Positions 55,130-62,980 of a DNA stretch of 64,000 nt are shown one piece after another. This DNA is from Acidimicrobiales bacterium (GTDB lineage: Bacteria > Actinomycetota > Acidimicrobiia > Acidimicrobiales > UBA8190), in the NCBI GenBank assembly GCA_036786835.1, contig DAIQQK010000006.1, positions 1,131 to 65,130 on the forward strand, read 5' to 3'. The position numbers and the translations under genes are program-made. Within the stretch, counting starts at the first letter, position 1. Each line of letters opens with the position of its first letter. Under the pieces are notes generated by a model, which worked only from the letters and a program-made list of their open reading frames with translations, had not been told where the DNA came from and searched no databases.

Positions 55130-55972
55130 TCAGACCCCCTGTCCCGACATGCAGATCCGGCACGGCTCCATCTCGACCACTGCGCCCGCCCCGAGCACCC
55201 GCAGGCCCTCCGTGTGGTGGGCGATGATCGGGCAGCTCGGGAGGTGATAGACGGTCCCCGCCGAGGTGACGACGTACGTGGCGCTCACCGGCCCGGCCGA
55301 GGAGGAGGCGTCGTGCGCTGCACCTGCTTCGGGGCGTCCCGGGGCCGGTGGGTACCCCTGGGGCTGGGGCTGCGGTTGTGCCTGGCCCTGGAACGGGCCG
55401 CCCTCGGGGCCGGCGACATGGGGTGAGACCCAACCGTTCCCGCCGGGAAGGCGGTCGGCGATGGCCCTGAGAGTCATCTGCATGGCCTGGAGCTGCTCCT
55501 CGTGGTGGTGGTCCGCCTGGTCGTAGAGGCGGTAGAGCCAGTGCGCCCAATAGAAGAGGCCACCGAGAACGATGCAGCCCAGCCCGGCGAACGACCCGCT
55601 CACGAGATAGGGGATCTGCTGCTGCACGTATGCGGTGTGCGCAGCTCCGTACCATGCGATCAGAATCAGCACCACGCCGAGCGGGACGAGGATCGATCCG
55701 GCGACCACCTGCCACGTGTTGCGCAGATCGACTCCGCTCCCCTCGCCTCCCGGCCGGCGTGGGAGCAGGCGTCTCCAGAAGCGTCCACCTCCCGAGGAGT
55801 CCGATGACTTCTCACCCGGCGGCGCGCCCGCTTCGTCTGGCGACGAAGCCGCTCTCGATGCCTCGAAACCCCACGAGCTCGAGCCGATCCCGCCGCCCGG
55901 GGCGGACGTCTCGGGCCAGGTCTCGACCGGCTGTCCTTCGGTTTCAGGGAGCACCCTCACCATCTTCTTCAT
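55130..55972 (-). CDS. Two-TM membrane protein with C-terminal Cys/His cluster, function unknown
   Basis: ATG 55972 (ATGA overlap with the upstream stop). Hydrophobic VVAGSILVPLGVVLILIAWYGA and GSFAGLGCIVLGGLFYWAHWL. PQ-rich linker. C-terminal YHLPSCP...PCRIC. Confidence 0.6.
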   Translation of the reverse strand: MKKMVRVLPETEGQPVETWPETSAPGGGIGSSSWGFEASRAASSPDEAGAPPGEKSSDSSGGGRFWRRLLPRRPGGEGSGVDLRNTWQVVAGSILVPLGVVLILIAWYGAAHTAYVQQQIPYLVSGSFAGLGCIVLGGLFYWAHWLYRLYDQADHHHEEQLQAMQMTLRAIADRLPGGNGWVSPHVAGPEGGPFQGQAQPQPQPQGYPPAPGRPEAGAAHDASSSAGPVSATYVVTSAGTVYHLPSCPIIAHHTEGLRVLGAGAVVEMEPCRICMSGQGV

Positions 55973-57489
55973 CTCCCCCCAGAGAGGAACTGCCAGCGAG
56001 CTGCCAGCAGCATCGGATAGGCCATGACCACACAAAGCAAGAGCAAGACGATCAACCAGCCGAGGGGCGCCGGGATGCCGAAGGGCAGTCGGTTGGACGC
56101 CCTCGCGCCGAGCGAGCTGGGCGAGCCCGACGCGCTCGTAGCGGGACCGGAAGTGCCGGGGACCGAACCGAAGGAGCCCGAAGGGATTCCGAGGTCGCTA
56201 CCGAGACCGCCGAGCTCGAGGCCGAGTCCCGAGTCGCCGCCGAGTCCGATCGACACGCCCGACCCCGAACCCGATCCCGAGAAGGCCGGGGCCAACGCGG
56301 CTTGGACGTCGCTCGTGGCCGCGCCCAGGGTTACCGACGTGGTCATTTCGTAGGTCCCGGCGGGAAGCCCGACGTTGCCGAGCGCCGGTAATGGAATCGT
56401 CGGCTCCCCGGGTATGTACGGGACGGCGAACTTGTGGCTCAGGCTGACCACCAGACCGCCGGCATCGGCGTCGCCCTCGGCCCCGTTCGAAGTCGTCGCC
56501 GGATCGAGCAGCCGGACATTGATCCCGTCCTGGGCAAACGTCGCGTCGAGAGTGTTCTGCGCTTGCGCGGGCGTGATGCCGATCGACGAGGTACTGCTTC
56601 CCGAAACGTGGACTCCCTGGCTGTCGATGTACGCCGGCAGACCCTCGACAGTGACACCGAGCATGTGCAGCGAAGCGGTAGGGGTTCCGGCGTTGCCGTC
56701 GGACTGCGACGAGGCATTGGAGGTGATCTGGCTTATGTTCAGCACCCCCGCTATGTCGATCGCCTTCAGGATCGTCGTCGCCGTCCCCGTGACCGCCGAG
56801 TCTGCAATCGCCACCTGGTTGGTCGATTGAACCTGTCCGATGTCGATGGCCGGTCCGGCGACGGCGCCCAGAGCACCGAGCACCGAGGGGCTCGAGGGGC
56901 CGAGGTGCACCACCCCCGCCGAGGGGGCCGAGGGGGGTGCGAACTGCAGGTCCGTCAGCGTCGCGGTGACATTCGCCCCCGAGGCATCTGCGTGCGCGGT
57001 CGCGCTGAACACGTTCGGGGCGAACGGGACTCCGGCGGGCGGAGTCCCGCCGAAGCTGGAGCTCTGGCCATGGCTCGGAGAAGGAGGGTATTGCGCCTCG
57101 GCTTGAAGCGGGTCGTTCGGAATAGGAGGTGCAGAAGGCTCGAACAGCGAGATGAGGCTGCCGAAGTTGCCGAGGATGTCGCCGGGCCAGAACGGGGTGC
57201 CTTGCGCGGTGATAACGGGGCCGTTGCTGACGCTCGTGCGCGCAAAGGGAACGTCGGCTTCGAGGATGTTGTCTCCTGGGAGCGGGAGGACACCCGGAAC
57301 GTTGAAGGCGAACTGCACCGCGAGCCCTTCGACGTTGGCGGTGTAGCCCGTGATGGTGCTGCTCGACGAACCGTCGCCTGAATCGGCGTGGGCCGCAGGC
57401 GCGAAAGCGACACCCGTGCCCGCGATCGCGCCGGTGCACAAGGCCGCCGAGGCTGCAAGCCTTCGAAGTGTCGAGCTCGTGGGTCCCAT
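55969..57489 (-). CDS. Secreted, C-terminally membrane-anchored G/S/A-rich protein, function unknown
   Basis: ATG 57489 lies 6 nt after AAGGAGG. Signal peptide ...VAFAPAAHA/DSG. C-terminal LGWLIVLLLLCVVMAYPMLLAA. 14 nt downstream of the ABC ATPase gene. Confidence 0.65.
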   Translation of the reverse strand: MGPTSSTLRRLAASAALCTGAIAGTGVAFAPAAHADSGDGSSSSTITGYTANVEGLAVQFAFNVPGVLPLPGDNILEADVPFARTSVSNGPVITAQGTPFWPGDILGNFGSLISLFEPSAPPIPNDPLQAEAQYPPSPSHGQSSSFGGTPPAGVPFAPNVFSATAHADASGANVTATLTDLQFAPPSAPSAGVVHLGPSSPSVLGALGAVAGPAIDIGQVQSTNQVAIADSAVTGTATTILKAIDIAGVLNISQITSNASSQSDGNAGTPTASLHMLGVTVEGLPAYIDSQGVHVSGSSTSSIGITPAQAQNTLDATFAQDGINVRLLDPATTSNGAEGDADAGGLVVSLSHKFAVPYIPGEPTIPLPALGNVGLPAGTYEMTTSVTLGAATSDVQAALAPAFSGSGSGSGVSIGLGGDSGLGLELGGLGSDLGIPSGSFGSVPGTSGPATSASGSPSSLGARASNRLPFGIPAPLGWLIVLLLLCVVMAYPMLLAARWQFLSGGR

Positions 57490-57503
57490 CGTTCGGCCTC
57501 CTT

Positions 57504-58253
57504 TCAACTTCCCAGGTAGGCGGAGACGAGCGCGCCCTCGCGCACGTCCTCCGGCTCGCCCACGTCGACAACGCGGCCCTTGTCCATCACGTAGACGTAG
57601 TCAGCCAGCTGTAGCGCCGCGTCGACGTACTGCTCCACGAGGAGGATGCTCGTCCCTGACTCCGCGCGTTCGCGAAGAGCGTCGAAGAGCTGACCGACGA
57701 CGATCGGGGCGAGCCCCATCGATATCTCGTCGACCATCAAGAGGCGTGGATCCGACAGCAGCGCGCGGGCTAGTGAGAGCATCTGCTGCTCTCCGCCCGA
57801 GAGAGTTCCCGCCAGCTGCTTGAGCCTCGTGCCGAGCGGCGGGAAGATCCTCGCGGCCTCGGCCACCGGATCGATCTCCTCACCCAGCGCGTAGCGCACC
57901 ATCTCCAAGTTCTCGAGCACAGTGAGGCTGGGGAAGATGCCCCTCCCTTCCGGCACGTGGACCACACCGAGGCGCGCGATCGCGTGCGTGGGCCGCCGCT
58001 CGACGCGGATGCCCGATACCAGCACGCGCCCAGCCTCCGGACGTACGAGGCCCGAGATCGCACGGAGGGTCGTGCTCTTCCCTGCCCCGTTAGGGCCGAG
58101 AAGCGCCACCACCGAGCCTTCGGGAACGACGAGCGAGATCCCCGATAGAGCGCGCATCGAGCCGTACGAGACCCAGACGTCGTCCAGCTCGAGCACCGGC
58201 GGTGCCAGGGTCGCAGCCGATCCCTGCATGGTGATGTCGTGGAGATCGCTCAT
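57504..58253 (-). CDS. Branched-chain amino acid-type ABC transporter ATPase (LivF-like)
   Basis: GPNGAGKSTT, LSGGEQQML, LLMVDEISMGLAP. Confidence 0.9.
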   Translation of the reverse strand: MSDLHDITMQGSAATLAPPVLELDDVWVSYGSMRALSGISLVVPEGSVVALLGPNGAGKSTTLRAISGLVRPEAGRVLVSGIRVERRPTHAIARLGVVHVPEGRGIFPSLTVLENLEMVRYALGEEIDPVAEAARIFPPLGTRLKQLAGTLSGGEQQMLSLARALLSDPRLLMVDEISMGLAPIVVGQLFDALRERAESGTSILLVEQYVDAALQLADYVYVMDKGRVVDVGEPEDVREGALVSAYLGS

Positions 58254-58254
58254 C

Positions 58255-59037
58255 TCAGGCGACCTCCGTCTCTCCGAGGTACGCCGAACGCACGGCAGAG
58301 TCCGAGCGGATCTGGGCCGGGGACCCGCACGCGATCCGCCGACCGAAGTCCAGGACCGTTATGCACTCACAGACGTCCATGACGAGGGCCATGTCGTGCT
58401 CCACGAGCAGGACCGCAGGCTCACCGGAGGAGCTGCGACCGACGACGGCGCGAAGCACCTCGCAGAAACGTGCGGTCTCCGATGCGTCTAGCCCCGAGCT
58501 CGGCTCGTCGAGGAGGAGCACCCGCGGGTCGGTGCACAGGGCGCGCCCGAGCTCGATCATGCGCCCCTGGCCGGTGGGCAGAGCGCCCGCCGGGACGTCC
58601 GCGATCCGCCACAGGTCGAGCAGGTCCATCACTTCCGCGACCCGGCGTCGCCGCTCGGATCGCCCGCGTCCGAGCACTGCTCCGGGGTGGCAGGCCTCCC
58701 ACGCGGCTACGAGGTTGTCCTCGACGCTCATGCGCACGAACAGCTCGAGCCGCTGGAATGTGCGCGCGATGCCCGCGCGGCCGCGGCGGTGCGGTGGCCA
58801 GCCGTTGATGTCGCGGCCGTCCAAGGAGACATGACCGGCGCGTGGCGTGATCAGACCCGTGAGCACGTTGAACAGGGTGGTCTTGCCCGCGCCGTTCGGA
58901 CCGATCAACCCGGTGATCTGACCCGCGGGGACCTCGAGGTCAACGACGTCGAGAGCCTGCAGGCCTCCGAAGCGCACCGAGATCCCTGCGGCGTTGAGAA
59001 GCGGTGGGTTGGCGACACCGACGCCGTCAGCGTCCAC
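58255..59037 (-). CDS. Branched-chain amino acid-type ABC transporter ATPase (LivG-like)
   Basis: GPNGAGKTTLFN, LLLDEPSSGLD. 1-nt gap to the LivF-like gene. Confidence 0.9.
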   Translation of the reverse strand: MDADGVGVANPPLLNAAGISVRFGGLQALDVVDLEVPAGQITGLIGPNGAGKTTLFNVLTGLITPRAGHVSLDGRDINGWPPHRRGRAGIARTFQRLELFVRMSVEDNLVAAWEACHPGAVLGRGRSERRRRVAEVMDLLDLWRIADVPAGALPTGQGRMIELGRALCTDPRVLLLDEPSSGLDASETARFCEVLRAVVGRSSSGEPAVLLVEHDMALVMDVCECITVLDFGRRIACGSPAQIRSDSAVRSAYLGETEVA

Positions 59038-61030
59038 TGCCCACCTCCATTCTCTCGGGCGTCGCGAACAACGTCTCGAGGACCAGCTGCCTGCGCGGAC
59101 GCGGGCGCAGCACGGACATGCAGCGGCGCGCTTCCGCCACCGAAATGGCCACCGTGCCTTCGGGTTGGCGGGCGAGCCCGATCACCCCGATGGCGACGGT
59201 GAGCGCTATGTAGTTCACGATGTTCGGGTCGGTCGACGCCACCAGGTGCTGGATGCCGACCACCGCCCCTGCGAGGACGGCGCCGGTGATCATCGTCCTG
59301 GCGCCGAGCACGACGAGCAGCAGCAGCTCGAGCGACCAGTTCCAGGAAAAGCCCTGCGGGTTGATCGCCTGCAGGTAGCTGCCGTAGAGCGAGCCGCCGA
59401 GCGAGGCGACCGCTGCGCATATCGCGAAGGTGACGAGCTTGGTCACCGTGAGGTTCACGCCCAGCGTGGAGGCCGCCAGAGGGGAGTCGCGAAGGATGTT
59501 GAGCCGCCTGCCCACCGGGCCGCGGTTGACCACGTACGCGGCGAGCGCCAGCACCCCGAACACCACGAGGACGAGCTCGTAGAAGCCGACTCGGCCGGTG
59601 AAGGAGAGGCCGAAGATGTTCGGGCGCGCGTCTGTGATCCCTGTGAGGCCACCGCTCACGTCGGGTCTGTTGAAGACCAGAGTGTCCATGATCAAGGCGA
59701 ACGCCAACGTCGCGAGCATGAAGTAGAGCCCCGAGAGACGGAGCGACGGCAGGCCGAGCAGCAGACCCAGGGGCACCGAGATGGCCATCCCGATGAGAGT
59801 CGCCAGGAGGAAATGATGGCCGTGCGCGCCCGCGAAGTGGCCGACGCAGAATGCGCCCACACCCACGAAGCTGAACTGGGCCAGTGATATCTGTCCCGCC
59901 CACCCCATGAGGACGACGAGGGTGAGGGCGATCATCGCCCAGGTCACGGCGACGGTGAAGTCGTCGAGCTTCGGCCCGCTCAGCACGACCGGAACCAGCA
60001 GCGCCAAGACGAACAAGGTCGTGCCGATGGTGAGTGGCCGCTGACTGCGGCGGCGCACGGCCCTCTGAGGCCCCGAGAACGCAGAGGACACTGCGGAAGG
60101 CGAGGCGCGCGAGGACGAGGGGTCCGAGGCCGCTGCCGCCATCGGCCTGACCGCCACTCCGGCCTCTTTGAGGCGGTTGCCGAGGACGACGAGGAGTACG
60201 AAGAGAGCCAGGTACGGAATGCAGGCCTCGAGGTCGGCGACGGTCCCCGAGCTCGACCACCTCGAGAGCACGCTCTGGAGGATCCCGAGGCCGAGTGCCC
60301 CTGCGAACGCCCAGGGCATGCCGAAGACGAAGCCGAGCACGGCAGGAGCAAAGGCGTAGAGAACCACGAGGACGAGCTGGTTCACGTCCAGCCCTTGAGT
60401 GGGGCTCAGGAGGATGCCCACGAGGACGCCGAACATCGAGGACACGATCCACGCGCCGCGCCTGATGCTGCCGGCATTCACGCCGATGATCCCGGCGAGG
60501 TCGCCGTTGTCGACGACGGCTCTCGTCGCGGTACCGAACCGGGTGTGTCGGAGCAGGAACCACAAGGCTCCGCCCATTGCGAGCGAGACGAGCAGCGTCG
60601 CGAGCTGGTCCCAGCCCACGTGCAAGTTCCCGCCCAAAAGGAAGGTGGATCGGGGGAAGATGCTCTGGAGCTGGCGTGCCTGTCCGCCCCAGATGAGAAC
60701 CGCCGTCACCTGCAGCACGGAGAGCACGGCCAGGGTGGCGACCATCGGGATCTCCGCCGAAGCACCGGAGAAGAAGCGGAACAGCCCCTCGAACGCGATC
60801 CCGAAGAGCGGAGCAACCACGAGCAGCAGGACCGGCAGGGCCACCCATGCCGTGACGTGCCAGGAATCGTGAAGCTGCCAGTAGGTGAACGCGCTGAACA
60901 TCGCCACCGCGCCGTAGGCGAAGTTGAAGATGCCGGTGGTCTTGTAAGTGAGCACCACACCCATGGCGGCCAGGCCGTAGATGCTTCCGGTGAAGACCCC
61001 GATGACGATGAACGGCCACAGCGTGCTCAC
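59027..61030 (-). CDS. Fused LivH/LivM-type ABC permease
   Basis: 667 aa with two multi-pass hydrophobic halves joined by an S/A/R-rich linker. N-terminal half LivH-like (FIVIGVFTGSIYGLAAMGVVLTY), C-terminal half LivM-like. Confidence 0.9.
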   Translation of the reverse strand: MSTLWPFIVIGVFTGSIYGLAAMGVVLTYKTTGIFNFAYGAVAMFSAFTYWQLHDSWHVTAWVALPVLLLVVAPLFGIAFEGLFRFFSGASAEIPMVATLAVLSVLQVTAVLIWGGQARQLQSIFPRSTFLLGGNLHVGWDQLATLLVSLAMGGALWFLLRHTRFGTATRAVVDNGDLAGIIGVNAGSIRRGAWIVSSMFGVLVGILLSPTQGLDVNQLVLVVLYAFAPAVLGFVFGMPWAFAGALGLGILQSVLSRWSSSGTVADLEACIPYLALFVLLVVLGNRLKEAGVAVRPMAAAASDPSSSRASPSAVSSAFSGPQRAVRRRSQRPLTIGTTLFVLALLVPVVLSGPKLDDFTVAVTWAMIALTLVVLMGWAGQISLAQFSFVGVGAFCVGHFAGAHGHHFLLATLIGMAISVPLGLLLGLPSLRLSGLYFMLATLAFALIMDTLVFNRPDVSGGLTGITDARPNIFGLSFTGRVGFYELVLVVFGVLALAAYVVNRGPVGRRLNILRDSPLAASTLGVNLTVTKLVTFAICAAVASLGGSLYGSYLQAINPQGFSWNWSLELLLLVVLGARTMITGAVLAGAVVGIQHLVASTDPNIVNYIALTVAIGVIGLARQPEGTVAISVAEARRCMSVLRPRPRRQLVLETLFATPERMEVGSGR

Positions 61031-61075
61031 CGCCGGTCAACCCCCCCGGGTCTCATCGCCGGTGCCCCACATCTC

Positions 61076-62632
61076 CTACGACGACGCCTGCACGAGCTGC
61101 CCGCCACAGAACAGACCCGAAGACGGGGACTTGCGCACGAAGCCGTTGCCCTTCACGACCGTGTCCACCTGACAGGTGATGTCGTTGTGATTCGCCGGCG
61201 TTATGGCACCGAGCGCGCCACCGCCCGTCCAGTTCTGGATGGCGCCCACCACCTTCGTGAGCGATGCCCGCGTGGGATTGTGCCCACTCGCTATGAGTGA
61301 GTAGATGAGCAGCTGACCCGCCTCCCAGGCGAGGAAGCCGAACCCGCTCGGCTGCTGGCCCGGCTCGTAGGTGCTGAGCTCCTGCTGGTAGAGCTGCACC
61401 GTGGGGTTGGGCTCGTTCAGGGGAATGAACGGAAGCCCCACTATGAGCCCCTGGGCGGCACTCTCACCTGCAGTGGATATCTGGTCGGGCGTGTAACCGT
61501 CGAAGGTCGTGTCGGTGTAGGGCATCGTGAACGACTGCTGCTGCATGGCCTGCAGGAGCTTGGCGTTGCCGGTTACGTCCAATGTCGTGATGACGCCGTT
61601 ACAACCGGCATTGCGCATCTGGGCCACATCGCTCTCCAACGAGGCCGTCGCCGGCGATATCGAGAAGTCCGTGTAGCACACGCTCCCGCCGCCGAAGTGC
61701 TGGTACACGTATTCGAACTGCTGCGCCGCCTGAGCGCTTATGGAGATCGAGTAGGACAGGAATGCCATCTTCGTCGGGAAGTATCCCTGTGCCTTGGCAA
61801 GCGCGAACGCCGTGTCGCCGATGAAGTACGGGCCGTTCGGCCCCTGGGGCTGGTCGCAGCTACCGCCTGCGGCCGACCAGTAAGTGGCCGACTCGCTTCG
61901 GTTGCAGTTGATGGCAAAGCCGAAGTCGGGCGTGCCTGCCTGCACCATCTCGGGCACTCCTCCGTTGTCCGAGTCGGATGTCGAGCCCGCGAAACCGAGC
62001 ACCTTGGGGATGAGGTCGGCGACGTCGGAGGCGTTCGTCGAGGAGTCTTGTTGGTCGTCCTCGACGTCGAGGTTCAGCTTGCGCCCGCATATGCCGCCAG
62101 CTGCGTTCACCGCACCGAAGAGAGCTTCGACCCCCTGGGGACCCTGGGGGAAGCTGCCAGACAGCGGGCCTGTGAGTCCGCTCACGTTCCCGAACGTGAT
62201 CGAGGTCGGCGTGACCCCGGGCGCCGATGCGGTGTTGCCCGCCGAGTTCGGGCATGCGCTCGCCTCGGACTTCGGGTCGAAGTTGAACTGGGACGGAGGT
62301 GGCACCGCGACTCCGGAGCTCCCCGCCGTGGCCGCACCCGCAGAGCCCGACGCTGATCCCGTCCCGCCGGCGGCGCCAGGGCCGCCCGAGCCGGTCGACC
62401 CGAGTCCTCCGGTGGCCGAGCTCGTTCCGGCACCGGCCCCGCCCCCGGCTGCGCCAGCGCCGGTCGCAGATCCACTCTGGCCGACACCCGTGTCGGTGCC
62501 CAGGTACGGTCCGACGCGCGCGCCGCAGCTTGCCATCAACGCCACCACCGGCACGAGCACGAGAGTCGTCCGCCACCGCGAGCCGCGCAGGACAATTCCG
62601 TTCCCTGAAATCCGGTCCTTCCCCCTCCGCAC
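61076..62632 (-). CDS. Liv-type (type I periplasmic binding fold) substrate-binding lipoprotein
   Basis: Lipobox ALMASCG, G/S/A linker, then a leucine-binding-protein-like body. GTG 62632 follows GAGGAGGG (longest ORF to 62680); start uncertain. Confidence 0.85.
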   Translation of the reverse strand: MRRGKDRISGNGIVLRGSRWRTTLVLVPVVALMASCGARVGPYLGTDTGVGQSGSATGAGAAGGGAGAGTSSATGGLGSTGSGGPGAAGGTGSASGSAGAATAGSSGVAVPPPSQFNFDPKSEASACPNSAGNTASAPGVTPTSITFGNVSGLTGPLSGSFPQGPQGVEALFGAVNAAGGICGRKLNLDVEDDQQDSSTNASDVADLIPKVLGFAGSTSDSDNGGVPEMVQAGTPDFGFAINCNRSESATYWSAAGGSCDQPQGPNGPYFIGDTAFALAKAQGYFPTKMAFLSYSISISAQAAQQFEYVYQHFGGGSVCYTDFSISPATASLESDVAQMRNAGCNGVITTLDVTGNAKLLQAMQQQSFTMPYTDTTFDGYTPDQISTAGESAAQGLIVGLPFIPLNEPNPTVQLYQQELSTYEPGQQPSGFGFLAWEAGQLLIYSLIASGHNPTRASLTKVVGAIQNWTGGGALGAITPANHNDITCQVDTVVKGNGFVRKSPSSGLFCGGQLVQASS

Positions 62633-62843
62633 TGACCCTCCTCGGCAAAGCGGCGCCTTGAAGAAATTGCCCTCGGCCACCGTCCCACCCTCCCCGGGGT
62701 GCCCCCTTCGCCTCCCGGATGCCGACCCTGCCGATATACCCGCAGGCTCTTGAGGAACGCCTGATGAGATGGAAACTTTCGGCTCCTCGCCAGGACTTCT
62801 CGATGCCGCGACCTGGACTGACGATCCAGGTACTCAGGTCGAC

Positions 62844-62859
62844 CTGACGGCGGCGTCAT
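62844..62859. promoter_or_regulatory. Candidate operator CTGACGGCGGCGTCAT (1 mismatch)
   Basis: In the divergent region between the Liv-type SBP gene and the rodZ-like gene. Confidence 0.35.
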
Positions 62860-62980
62860 AGAAGGCCGGCGCACACTCCCGCGGGCAATTCGACGCGTTG
62901 GCTTGTGGAGCTTTTGTCGTTCTCGGGTTGGGCGGTTGTCGGGCGCTGTAGCATTTCGTTGCAGGGAGCAGGAGGATCGC

